DNA of 60,084 bases from Candidatus Woesearchaeota archaeon (GTDB lineage: Archaea > Nanobdellota > Nanobdellia > Pacearchaeales > GW2011-AR1). A model generated the notes under the pieces. That model was not told where the DNA came from. It did not search any database and saw only the letters and a list, made by a program, of their open reading frames with translations. The stretch spans positions 1 to 60,084 of the forward strand of contig CAYFMD010000004.1 of the NCBI GenBank assembly GCA_964344105.1, written 5' to 3'. Made by a program: the position numbers and the translations under genes. How positions within the stretch are numbered: the first letter of the stretch is position 1; each line of letters begins with the position of its first letter. Below are positions 45,456 through 54,033 of the stretch, in pieces.

Positions 45456-46049
45456 TTAGGCAAAACTCTTACCGCATCCACACCCATCAGATTGGTTTGG
45501 GTTATTGAACTTGAAGCCTGATTCGTTAAGAGTGTCAATGAAATCTATCTCTATTCCATTTAGCAGCTCCATGCTTTTCTTATCAACTGCAATGTTAACA
45601 TTATCTTGTTTAAAGTTAAGATCCTCCTTACTTGGATCATCTAGGAATTGTAGATCATATAAGAATCCAGAACATCCTCCGGCTAATACTGCAACCCTTA
45701 ATGTGGTTGTGTCTTTTTTTCCTTGAGTTTGCATTGCTTCTTTAACCTTTTCTATTGCTTTTGGAGTTAAAGTTAATTTGAATTCTTCATTGGCAACTGA
45801 TTTTACTGATCCGCCTTCGTTAACAGCCTTGTTTAAATCTTCAACTAATTTATCTAGATCTGCTTCTGAGAACCCGTGCCCTAAAACGCCCATCTCTAAT
45901 GTTTCAAAACTTGCTGCTCCGCAACTTGTGCAATGAATTCCAAAGTCATTCATTATTTGTGTTAGTAATTGTGCCTTGCTAGGATTAACCATTGGAACAT
46001 CTCCAATCTTTGTTTGTCTTGTTATTAGTTGTTGTGTTTTTTGTGCCAT
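45456..46049 (-). CDS. Fusion protein: DUF1858-like redox-disulfide domain + HesB/IscA Fe-S carrier domain
   Basis: N-terminal half with CTSCGAASFETLE; C-terminal half with GGCSGFLYDL and DGCGCGKSF IscA motifs. Confidence 0.65.
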   Translation of the reverse strand: MAQKTQQLITRQTKIGDVPMVNPSKAQLLTQIMNDFGIHCTSCGAASFETLEMGVLGHGFSEADLDKLVEDLNKAVNEGGSVKSVANEEFKLTLTPKAIEKVKEAMQTQGKKDTTTLRVAVLAGGCSGFLYDLQFLDDPSKEDLNFKQDNVNIAVDKKSMELLNGIEIDFIDTLNESGFKFNNPNQSDGCGCGKSFA

Positions 46050-46050
46050 C

Positions 46051-46653
46051 TTATTTTGCTGCCTCGAAGTTTTCGGCCACCTTGTCCCAGTTTATTACAT
46101 TAAAGAAAGCTTCAATATAATCGGGTCTTTTGTTTTGGTATTTTAGATAGTATGCATGTTCCCAAACATCTAATCCCAGGATTGGAGTTTGATTATCCAT
46201 TAAAGGAGAGTCTTGATTAGCAGTGCTTGTAACTTCTAATTCTCCGTTTTTAACGATTAGCCATGCCCATCCGGAACCAAATCTTGTAGCTGCTGCATCG
46301 CTAAATTGGTTCTTAAACTCATCAAAAGATCCAAACTTTTTGTTTATAGCTTCTGCTAAATCTCCAGAAAGTTCTGTTTTATTAGGAGAAAGTATTTCCC
46401 AGAATAGAGTGTGATTTGCGTGACCTCCACCATTGTTGATTACTGCTTTTCTTTTATCTTCATCAACGGAATCTATGTTAGCTAGAATTTCTTTAAGGTC
46501 CTTAGATTCCCATTCTGTTCCAGCAATTGCATCATTTAGCTTCTTAACGTAACCAGCATGATGTTTATCATGATGGATTTCCATTGTTTCCTTATCTATA
46601 TGGGGCTCCAATGCATCAAATTCAAATTGTAAATCAGGTAATGTGAATGTCAT
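46051..46653 (-). CDS. sod: Fe/Mn superoxide dismutase
   Basis: [26 protein letters not shown] canonical Fe/Mn-SOD motifs. Confidence 0.95.
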   Translation of the reverse strand: MTFTLPDLQFEFDALEPHIDKETMEIHHDKHHAGYVKKLNDAIAGTEWESKDLKEILANIDSVDEDKRKAVINNGGGHANHTLFWEILSPNKTELSGDLAEAINKKFGSFDEFKNQFSDAAATRFGSGWAWLIVKNGELEVTSTANQDSPLMDNQTPILGLDVWEHAYYLKYQNKRPDYIEAFFNVINWDKVAENFEAAK

Positions 46654-46665
46654 CTTAATTAGTAA

Positions 46666-46679
46666 TTAACGATAGTTAA
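46666..46679. promoter_or_regulatory. Third copy of the 14-bp box TTAACTATCGTTAA, 12 nt upstream of the sod start codon
   Basis: Exact 14-mer; AT-rich TATA-like atttaaata just upstream (about 46687-46695); an overlapping related palindrome ttaattagtaattaa at 46655-46669. Confidence 0.6.
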
Positions 46680-46704
46680 TGTTTGTATTTAAATATTTTG
46701 GTAG

Positions 46705-47136
46705 CTACAGCAATCCCCTATCTCTAAGTTTATCTATTAATACAAATCCAGGTCTCCCTCGCTTTTCATCAGTCATCAAATTTTCCTTAAGTTGATCGTA
46801 AGTTAGCCATTCGAAACTCTTATGTTCATGAGAAAGATTGATATTATTATCTGGTTCTTCTAATTCGCAGAAGAAAAACACAGCATACCTATGTTCTTTT
46901 CCTTCCATGTCCCACATGTCAACACATACAGGCTCTTTTATTGTTACGTCCATTCCAAGCTCCTCTTCAACTTCTCTTTCTAGTGCTTTCTTAGGATCTT
47001 CATCTTCTTCATCTAACCTGCCTCCTGGCAAGACCCAAAGAGGAGTATTGTTAGAGGGCCATAGGATCAATAGTTTTTTATCTTTAAGAACTAAAGCGTA
47101 TTGTGCTATATTTGTAGTGAGATGGTTTTTCATCAT
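46705..47136 (-). CDS. NUDIX hydrolase
   Basis: Nudix box GGRLDEEDEDPKKALEREVEEELG. Confidence 0.85.
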   Translation of the reverse strand: MMKNHLTTNIAQYALVLKDKKLLILWPSNNTPLWVLPGGRLDEEDEDPKKALEREVEEELGMDVTIKEPVCVDMWDMEGKEHRYAVFFFCELEEPDNNINLSHEHKSFEWLTYDQLKENLMTDEKRGRPGFVLIDKLRDRGLL

Positions 47137-47139
47137 TAA

Positions 47140-47334
47140 TTAGAACTTCTTAAACTTGTTAACTAGCTCTAGAGTATCAACCTGACCTAGGAAAACTGAT
47201 CTGCAGCAGTATCTCTCTAGACCTATCTCATCCATAACTTTCTTAGAATCTTCTGTTTCTGTTCTTTTCTTGAAATCTTCCCATAGGTGACCTATTGGTT
47301 TTCCGCAGCTGAAACATCTTACTGGTATTATCAT
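47140..47334 (-). CDS. rpoN: DNA-directed RNA polymerase subunit N (Rpo10)
   Basis: MIIPVRCFSCGKPIGHLWEDF...YCCR zinc-binding pattern, 64 aa. Confidence 0.9.
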   Translation of the reverse strand: MIIPVRCFSCGKPIGHLWEDFKKRTETEDSKKVMDEIGLERYCCRSVFLGQVDTLELVNKFKKF

Positions 47335-47348
47335 TTTCTCGTGAATAT

Positions 47349-47467
47349 GAAGAAAGACAACTCGTGAATTTCACTTCCCTTCGGAAACTATTTCCACAAC
47401 ATAACCTGCTTAGCTTCCCTATTCGGAATGGTAAGGGGCGTTTCCAAGTTATTATGGTCGTCTTCAA
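47349..47467 (-). rRNA. 5S ribosomal RNA (ends uncertain by about 5 nt)
   Basis: Minus strand reads ..CCCUUACCAUUCCGAAUAGGGAAGCUAAGCAGG.., matching the conserved 5S loop B/helix III region; terminal helix GAAGACGAC/GUUGUCUUU closes the molecule. Confidence 0.75.
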
Positions 47468-47486
47468 TATTAGTGTGAAATTAGTG

Positions 47487-47494
47487 TTTATAAA
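47487..47494 (-). promoter_or_regulatory. TATA box (TTTATAAA) for the 5S rRNA gene
   Basis: Palindromic TATA element about 22 nt upstream of the proposed 5S 5' end, the usual archaeal spacing. Confidence 0.45.
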
Positions 47495-47539
47495 GCTTTT
47501 TATACCCCTAATTTCTAGAAACTATATCTTGCGGGGATG

Positions 47540-47592
47540 CCGCATAGGTTACTAACCACTGTTGCCAATCCGCAAAGGTACTAAAACCACTG
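47540..47592. repeat. Two imperfect 22/23-nt direct repeats (CCGCATAGGTTACTAACCACTG / CCGCAAAGGTACTAAAACCACTG) separated by 8 nt
   Basis: Read directly; located between the 5S promoter and the RHH/integrase genes, i.e. at the likely edge of the integrated element. Confidence 0.7.
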
Positions 47593-47704
47593 CGGAAACA
47601 TCGCAGCTGTTATCTGCTGTTCTCCTTCTCTTTTATGGAGCATGATCTTTTTCCAATTGTTACACTGGAACATAAGGAGTGAGGGTGTTTGAACTTCTTT
47701 CATT

Positions 47705-47854
47705 TTACCACATCTTTGCTTTCTTCAAAGCCTCCTCAATTATATCATTAACATTTGCATAATCTTCTTCCCCTTTAATCTGATATAATCTCCGACGGAG
47801 ATACGTTTTTACCGAAACAGTTGTCATTGCTCCATCCTCTTTCTTTTTAGCCAT
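47705..47854 (-). CDS. Small ribbon-helix-helix protein (49 aa)
   Basis: Hand-translated: MAKKKEDGAMTTVSVKTYLRRRLYQIKGEEDYANVNDIIEEALKKAKMW; beta-strand + two helices pattern; below the ORF-track cutoff. Confidence 0.4.
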   Translation of the reverse strand: MAKKKEDGAMTTVSVKTYLRRRLYQIKGEEDYANVNDIIEEALKKAKMW

Positions 47855-48067
47855 ATTTCAAGTAATTCATCCAGGTATATAAATTTTTCTATTAATCAAT
47901 TAACAAATTATTTCATGAAAAATCAAAAGATTTATTACTCCCAGTGTTTTAATTACCCCATTAAATAATTTAACCATTTGTTAATTTAATAAAATGAAAA
48001 ATGAAAATAACTACGGAAAGCAAAACAGTGCTTTTTTCTTTCGGTTTCTACAAAAAAGCATGCTAAA

Positions 48068-49393
48068 ATGTTACAACCGAAACAGAAGTTTAATCTTTTG
48101 GGAGATCTTATTATGATGGAAACACAAATTTCAAGCCTAAAACCACAGCTGCAAGGAATTAGGAGTTTTGTCATGAAAGGAGATAAAGAAAAAGAGGACA
48201 AGAATGCTTATGTTGATCCACATTATAGAATGAAATTATGGAATAATTGGAAGGAGAGAAATAAGAATGGTATTGAAGGAATTAGCAAAATAAACTCTGA
48301 CCTTGTTATGGGACATTTAATAGATATGGAACGTGGAGTTAATGTTTCCAAAATGTCAAAACCAGGTAGTAGAAGTGTTTCTCGCTTGCATCCATTGGCA
48401 TTTAATCTGAAGAAATTAGCATGGTGGTTTGAAGATTTATACAAGAAAGACATGGTTGATTTAACAGAAGATGAGGTGCTTGATTTCTTTCAACAATTAA
48501 AGGAAGGAGAGATTACAAAACTAGATGGTGATCCTTATGCTCCGAAAACTATCAATTGTTTTATTGAGAATTTTATCTCTTTTTGGCACTGGTTTATGCG
48601 GCTTGAATCAAGAAAAAGGAAAAAAGAGCTCATGGAAAAAGGCAAGACTGAAAGAAAAGAAATTTTTGATATTGTTGAATTTTTAACAGGTTTAGAACTT
48701 GAGAACAAATTTGTTTATTTTACTTATGAAGAGATGATAAGGGGTATTCAAAGTCTTGATGAAGATCACCAGATGTTATGTGAATTCTTGTTTGACTCTA
48801 TTGTGAGAAGTCCAACAGAAGTTGCTAATATTTATGTGAATGATTTAACGTTTGACAAGGATGGAACTGTTTATGCTTATGTTAGACAGAAAGTGAGCAA
48901 GACCTATGCGAGAAAGTTTGACCTACCTTTATGCGGACTAAAACTAAAGGAATACATAAAGAAGCATGAACTTAGACCAACCGATAGGCTGTTTGGATGG
49001 TATGATCCTCAATATTTCAATCCCAGACTGCAAAAGGCATTTGTTGCAGAATTTGGAGACATAATGACAGATGGAGATAAATCAATGTCTGAAATTACTG
49101 GTTATAGCTTTAGGCATGCAGGAACATGCCATTGGATTGATCAAAATGTTAACCCTTATGATTTAATGAAAAGAGGCGGCTGGAAAACATTATCTAGAAT
49201 AAACTACTACACAAAATTCTTGGGAAAAAATGCAAAACTGAGGACATATCCAGAAACAATAAACAAAGCTAACTCTAATCATGAAGACGTGAAAGCAATA
49301 TTGCTGGAAATAAAGAAAGAAAATGCTGAATTGAGAAAAGAAATACAGGTGATTAAAACACCAAAGCCAATGGAGGTTGCCCAAAATGTCTAA
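48068..49393 (+). CDS. Tyrosine recombinase / integrase
   Basis: Catalytic-domain pattern: VRSPTEVANI (Arg box), YSFRHAGTCHW (R-H), RGGWKTLSRINYYTKF (W and nucleophile Tyr); true start may be an internal Met. Confidence 0.8.
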   Translation: MLQPKQKFNLLGDLIMMETQISSLKPQLQGIRSFVMKGDKEKEDKNAYVDPHYRMKLWNNWKERNKNGIEGISKINSDLVMGHLIDMERGVNVSKMSKPGSRSVSRLHPLAFNLKKLAWWFEDLYKKDMVDLTEDEVLDFFQQLKEGEITKLDGDPYAPKTINCFIENFISFWHWFMRLESRKRKKELMEKGKTERKEIFDIVEFLTGLELENKFVYFTYEEMIRGIQSLDEDHQMLCEFLFDSIVRSPTEVANIYVNDLTFDKDGTVYAYVRQKVSKTYARKFDLPLCGLKLKEYIKKHELRPTDRLFGWYDPQYFNPRLQKAFVAEFGDIMTDGDKSMSEITGYSFRHAGTCHWIDQNVNPYDLMKRGGWKTLSRINYYTKFLGKNAKLRTYPETINKANSNHEDVKAILLEIKKENAELRKEIQVIKTPKPMEVAQNV

Positions 49394-49811
49394 AGGAGAA
49401 ATTATGGCTATAAGCCCTAAAAACAGGGGCAAGTATCCAGATAAGATTGTTGTGTTATTGAAAGACGAAACTAATTATGAAAAATGGAGAGTTGTTGCTG
49501 ATGCCATAGGGGAGGATAGTGTGAAAAGAGGATATTGTGAGTTTGAATTGAAATATAACACTATAACACAGCTTAAACTGATTAATAAGCCCATACAGCA
49601 GCCTGAACAGTCTGTAAGCAAAGAAATGCCAGAAGGACATACATTCCCTATTGAAAAACTAGATATTGTTGCATTGTCTAATGAAATAAACAAACTAAAT
49701 AAAAAACGCAGAGTGGCAGCAACTCAAGTATTCCCACTTAAATCAGATGGCAAGCCGCTATACAATGCACTTGTTTACTTTGAGGAGCCTAGAAAATGGA
49801 AGAAGAAATGA
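49377..49811 (+). CDS. Hypothetical protein
   Basis: 144 aa ORF overlapping the integrase stop; no recognisable motif. Confidence 0.35.
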   Translation: MPKMSKGEIMAISPKNRGKYPDKIVVLLKDETNYEKWRVVADAIGEDSVKRGYCEFELKYNTITQLKLINKPIQQPEQSVSKEMPEGHTFPIEKLDIVALSNEINKLNKKRRVAATQVFPLKSDGKPLYNALVYFEEPRKWKKK

Positions 49812-49945
49812 TTGAATGTGAAAATTGTGAAGTGCTTTTTGTGCCAGATGAACTTGATGAAGTTGAGAGCAGCAATGGAGTCGTTGTTACAGTGTGCAAA
49901 GGCTGTTTGTGCATACTAGAGGAATTTTATAATTTTAATGGGTGA
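49796..49945 (+). CDS. Small zinc-ribbon protein (49 aa)
   Basis: Hand-translated MEEEMIECENCEVLF...VCKGCLCILEEFYNFNG with CxxC...CxxC; overlaps neighbouring ORF ends in operon fashion. Confidence 0.35.
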   Translation: MEEEMIECENCEVLFVPDELDEVESSNGVVVTVCKGCLCILEEFYNFNG

Positions 49946-50129
49946 GCTTATGATGGAGAAGAAATTAAAAAAGTTAAAGGAATTTTTAAAAGAGGAATTA
50001 AAAGATTGTTTAGAATTGCAGAATAAAAAGGAATTGACAATGGAAGGTTATGGTATGCTAATTATGATAAAATCAATCTATGAAAAGATGAATTGGAAGC
50101 TTCCAGATGAAGATGCGGAAGATTTATAA
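49938..50129 (+). CDS. Hypothetical small helical protein
   Basis: 63 aa, Lys/Glu-rich; no motif. Confidence 0.3.
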   Translation: MGELMMEKKLKKLKEFLKEELKDCLELQNKKELTMEGYGMLIMIKSIYEKMNWKLPDEDAEDL

Positions 50130-50149
50130 AGTTGATATATATTGTAATG

Positions 50150-50743
50150 TCATACTTGCGAGGTGCCGTCATCTGATGGCACTGACGCTTCATCTTTCTT
50201 ATTTAATTCTATGACTAGCTTGTTCATATTGATGGAAAAATTACAGGATTTTCTTAACTTAAATGAGGAGGTTCTTCTAAAATAACCATTGCCCACCTTT
50301 TTCTTGAATTCGCCTCTCACTGATTTAATAACAGGGATAAAATCTGCATCACCACTTAAAATAATAGCAATATCATAAGTGTCTTTGAATGCTCCCATTA
50401 ATAAGTCATGTGCTAGATGGATATCATCCCCCTTAATATCATATCTAACTGTGCCATCCTTCCTTACTATTTTTCTCCAATCGCACAATATCACCTTGAA
50501 TTTTGGAATTTTCTTTAAATCATCAAGATATTCTTTATGCTTTTCATATTTCTCTAGATTATACTCTTTGTCTAATAGGGCATTGTAATAAAAAACAGTC
50601 ACAAGTTCTCTATTCCCCACTAACTCATCCACTATCTTTCTAAAACTAATTTCATAACCCTTTTCTTCTAGGTGTTTTGAACTGTGGTAAAAATTCCTTC
50701 CGTCAACAAATAGTGCAACTCTTACAATTTTTCTCTTTTTCAT
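50150..50743 (-). CDS. NYN-domain (LabA/DUF88-like) putative ribonuclease
   Basis: VALFVDGRNFYHS and IILSGDADFIPVIKSV acidic NYN motifs. Confidence 0.75.
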   Translation of the reverse strand: MKKRKIVRVALFVDGRNFYHSSKHLEEKGYEISFRKIVDELVGNRELVTVFYYNALLDKEYNLEKYEKHKEYLDDLKKIPKFKVILCDWRKIVRKDGTVRYDIKGDDIHLAHDLLMGAFKDTYDIAIILSGDADFIPVIKSVRGEFKKKVGNGYFRRTSSFKLRKSCNFSINMNKLVIELNKKDEASVPSDDGTSQV

Positions 50744-51009
50744 TGTGTATCCTTTGATTTAAACATAGAAGTAAATAAATCCTTGCCTTTTTCACTTCTT
50801 TCATACAATCTGTGTCGCTTCTCATCTGGATTTAAGCATACAACTAGATTTCTTTCCAAAAGAGAGATTATCATGTTGCTTACATGTCCAATGTTCATGC
50901 CCAGATCACTTGCAAGTTGTGTTGGTGTTTTTGGCTCATCTAAAGCCTCAAACACCTTCTTTCTATGTTCAGACCTTACAATGAAACTGTAGTCTTTCCA
51001 GTTTTTCAT
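50740..51009 (-). CDS. Winged-helix (ArsR/MarR-like) transcriptional regulator
   Basis: KVFEALDEPKTPTQLASDLGMNIGHVSNMIISLLERNLV; 4-nt ATGA overlap with the NYN gene. Confidence 0.7.
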   Translation of the reverse strand: MKNWKDYSFIVRSEHRKKVFEALDEPKTPTQLASDLGMNIGHVSNMIISLLERNLVVCLNPDEKRHRLYERSEKGKDLFTSMFKSKDTQ

Positions 51010-51148
51010 AGATAGAAGTGCTTATATACTATTTAATAGTTACACGAATAGTACGTGAGTAGTACACACTTGTCAAAAATAACCTATTATTAGAAAGAAA
51101 CTTTAGGAAAACGACAATGCTTAAAACATTATTCAAGATAAATTTGAA

Positions 51149-51457
51149 ATGGAAGAAATAAAAAAATTTACAGGTTTTGTAACGAGAAGCGACTCAGAAA
51201 ACAGTATTTTGAACCTTAAACTAGATGAAATTCCAGATGAAGAATTTAACAAGCTGCTAACCAATTCTGATAAGATTGAAGTTAAGACAAATAAGAGGTC
51301 TATAATTGGCAATATTGTTGGCGGGAGCGATCCCACAAGACCTTTGAGATTTAAGGGTATAGAGATAAAGCCGCAACAACAATTAACTATCTTGGCTGAT
51401 CAAAAACTAGAAGAAGACATTAAAAAAACAAAGGCAGAATTAATATTTAACGCCTGA
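51149..51457 (+). CDS. Hypothetical protein
   Basis: 102 aa ORF divergent from the wHTH-NYN pair; no motif. Confidence 0.3.
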   Translation: MEEIKKFTGFVTRSDSENSILNLKLDEIPDEEFNKLLTNSDKIEVKTNKRSIIGNIVGGSDPTRPLRFKGIEIKPQQQLTILADQKLEEDIKKTKAELIFNA

Positions 51458-51579
51458 TTTGGTTAAATTATAAAACAAATGGGATAAAATTTTTAAGCTT
51501 TTTCTCACAGAGTATACATCTCCTAAAAACTAATATATGTTCTGACAAAGAATAAAAGAGCCCAAAATTTCTTAACTAG

Positions 51580-52635
51580 ATGATGAAGAGAGATAATAAA
51601 AGAAGTAAAAAAGTCTATCTAAATGTTAAGGAAAGAGAGTTGTTGAAAATTCTTTTGAAAAATGGTAGGACCTCAAACTCAAAAGTTGCAAGAAAGTTGA
51701 AAGTCACTCCACAAGCAGTTGGAATGATGAGAAGAAAACTAGAATCAATTGGCATTATCAAAGATTACACTGTTGAATTAGATCTTGATCACATGGGAAT
51801 AAATACCTTTGTTATCGTCTTATTTGATATGGATCCATTGCATGAAGACAAATTGATAACTCCAAACATGATTAGCTTTTGTAAGGTTATTACAAACTCT
51901 GCAACGCACATTGCATTGTATGCGTTTGAGGATTTAGATAAAATGGACGATCACTTCAAAAAATTAGAGTCAGAAAATTCAGACATTTTGAGGATAGTTG
52001 AAATGCATGTTTGTCCAACAAAAGGTGTATTGGAAAAATCATCAAGAAGTTTGTTCTATGATGCACTCAAAAACTATAGTAAGGATCAGCACTATTTGCC
52101 GCTAGACATTCCTTATCATGCACCTAGAAAAAGAAAAAAACAAAGTAGGAAACTGACATTAAACGAAAAGAAAGTACTAAAATTTTTTATCAAAGATGGC
52201 AAAATTCCATGTAGGAAAATATCAGCAAAACTAGGAGAACCAAAGATTACTGGAAATAGTATCAATAGAATAAAGATGAGATTAGAAAGGAGAAAAATAA
52301 TCAAAGGATATTCTGTAAGATTAGACTACAAAAAATTAGGTATCAATGTTTTTGCATTTATCCTCATGTCAAGAAAATCTAGTTTTTTAGATGAATATGG
52401 CTGTTTGACTAAATGGGCCAGAAATTCTCCAAATGTTACCTCTTGCCTTAGGCTGAATGAAGACAATATGTACGCCTTATTTTGCGGATTCAAAAACTTG
52501 GAAGAATTGAAGAACTACTGTCATTTGTTACAAATCAAAAATAAAGACCTTTTCAAAATAAAACATATTTACATAACTTCGCCAGATGATATTATTAAGG
52601 ACTCTTTAGATAATTTGTTCTTGAGTTTATTGTAA
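51580..52635 (+). CDS. Tandem-duplicated Lrp/AsnC-like regulator (two HTH + effector-like halves)
   Basis: Two repeats: ERELLKILLKNGRTSNSKVARKLKVTPQAVGMMRRKLESIGIIKDYTVELD and EKKVLKFFIKDGKIPCRKISAKLGEPKITGNSINRIKMRLERRKIIKGYSVRLD. Confidence 0.6.
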   Translation: MMKRDNKRSKKVYLNVKERELLKILLKNGRTSNSKVARKLKVTPQAVGMMRRKLESIGIIKDYTVELDLDHMGINTFVIVLFDMDPLHEDKLITPNMISFCKVITNSATHIALYAFEDLDKMDDHFKKLESENSDILRIVEMHVCPTKGVLEKSSRSLFYDALKNYSKDQHYLPLDIPYHAPRKRKKQSRKLTLNEKKVLKFFIKDGKIPCRKISAKLGEPKITGNSINRIKMRLERRKIIKGYSVRLDYKKLGINVFAFILMSRKSSFLDEYGCLTKWARNSPNVTSCLRLNEDNMYALFCGFKNLEELKNYCHLLQIKNKDLFKIKHIYITSPDDIIKDSLDNLFLSLL

Positions 52636-52684
52636 TTCAATTAAGATCAAAAAACTATATAAATCAAGAATACATTTCGTTAAA

Positions 52685-53293
52685 ATGAAAAGAGCGTTTA
52701 TTGCACTACTCCTTGTATTGTTAATATTTGGGTTTGCCCAAGTTAATGCCCAAGATGATGAGATTACAGAAACTAAAAATGCTGACAGATTAGAAGATCA
52801 AAAAAATAAATTAAGAGGAGTTTTAGAGAAGGGAGTAATTTTGCCAAATCAGATATCAAATATAGCAAAAATTTTATTTCAGATTAAAGAACCAGTTTAT
52901 TTAGGCAAGTTCATAGTATATTGTTGTTTCTTTTTATTAATTGTAATAATTTTATATAATATTGCAAGGTTAGCAGATTTTCCTGGTGGGAGATTTATTA
53001 TTTTTTTGGTAGTTTTAATATTGACACTAATAGGTTCTGTTGGAGGAGGGCTAAGTTTAATTGGAGAATATTACATAGGCCTATTAAATAACATCGCCCT
53101 CTTTGAAAAATTGCCAATTCTTGTAGTAAGTTTAACAATTATATTATTTTTATTGGTTATGTGGATAATAGGATTACTATCAAAATTTATGGAAGGAGAG
53201 AAAGGAATGGAAGATGCTTATGCTGATGGATTAGAAGTAAACAAAAACATAACCATAATAAAAAGATTATCAAATTTTATTAGAAAAAGTTAG
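52685..53293 (+). CDS. Membrane protein with signal peptide (member of a local family)
   Basis: Signal-like N-terminus (..FGFAQVNAQ), 4 TM helices, charged C-terminal tail. Confidence 0.45.
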   Translation: MKRAFIALLLVLLIFGFAQVNAQDDEITETKNADRLEDQKNKLRGVLEKGVILPNQISNIAKILFQIKEPVYLGKFIVYCCFFLLIVIILYNIARLADFPGGRFIIFLVVLILTLIGSVGGGLSLIGEYYIGLLNNIALFEKLPILVVSLTIILFLLVMWIIGLLSKFMEGEKGMEDAYADGLEVNKNITIIKRLSNFIRKS

Positions 53294-54033
53294 CGTCCTA
53301 GATCTTTTCTCATACCTTTGTTCATGCTAATCATTTCCTCTCTTGCTTGCTCAGCCTCATCTTTCTTCCTTTCTTCCTTTATTTGTTCAAGGTATTTACC
53401 GCATGCACTTTCAAGATAATAAATTAAAACCATAATGAAAAATATTACAATTCCCAATATTAATCTTACCCACTGATTTTCTGGAGATATTAACAACTTG
53501 TCAAGAAACTCAATTATAACTCTAAAAAACTGAAACTGTGCCAAAATAGTTACTATTAATAGAGAGATAAGCCATGAACTAATATTATCAAATATTTCAA
53601 TATAAGAAATAATCTTTGGCAATCCAAGAAAGATAGAAAGCCATAATACTACAATAAAAAACATTTTCAAGGAAAAGGTGTAAGGAACTCCAAATAAAAT
53701 CTTAGAAATTATCGACCATTCATTAAAAAATTCATCAGCACTAGAGACAAACCTATTTTTGAGTAGCATTTTCTTCCATTGTTCAGCTAGATAATCATCA
53801 TCTTGGTCACGAAACTCATCAATTTTATCCTTAATTTCTGTTATTTTGCGTGGTTCACCAGTATTTTCATCAATATCAAATTTCTGGATAAGGTCTCCAC
53901 CAGGAACTGAATTAAGAGGATTTGGTTGAGCAGTAGAGATGTTTAGCGTAAATAAAACTAAAAACAAGAATAGGATAAGTAAATTTAGAATTTTCATTTT
54001 TTTTCTATTAGCCATTTCCAGAGTGGAATGCAA
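53290..54033 (-). CDS. Membrane protein with signal peptide (member of a local family)
   Basis: Hydrophobic N-terminus ending ISTAQ, acidic ectodomain, 4 TM helices, Lys/Glu-rich tail; likely start is the internal MKILNLL near 53997. Confidence 0.45.
   Translation of the reverse strand: MHSTLEMANRKKMKILNLLILFLFLVLFTLNISTAQPNPLNSVPGGDLIQKFDIDENTGEPRKITEIKDKIDEFRDQDDDYLAEQWKKMLLKNRFVSSADEFFNEWSIISKILFGVPYTFSLKMFFIVVLWLSIFLGLPKIISYIEIFDNISSWLISLLIVTILAQFQFFRVIIEFLDKLLISPENQWVRLILGIVIFFIMVLIYYLESACGKYLEQIKEERKKDEAEQAREEMISMNKGMRKDLGR

Noticed and set aside
47531-47650. tRNA or defined ncRNA starting at GCGGGGAUGCCGC
   Set aside because: No complementary 3' acceptor strand (UCCCCGC) and no T-loop within 200 nt. 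The nearby TATA element is better explained as the promoter of the minus-strand 5S gene. The region is kept only as a repeat/att candidate.
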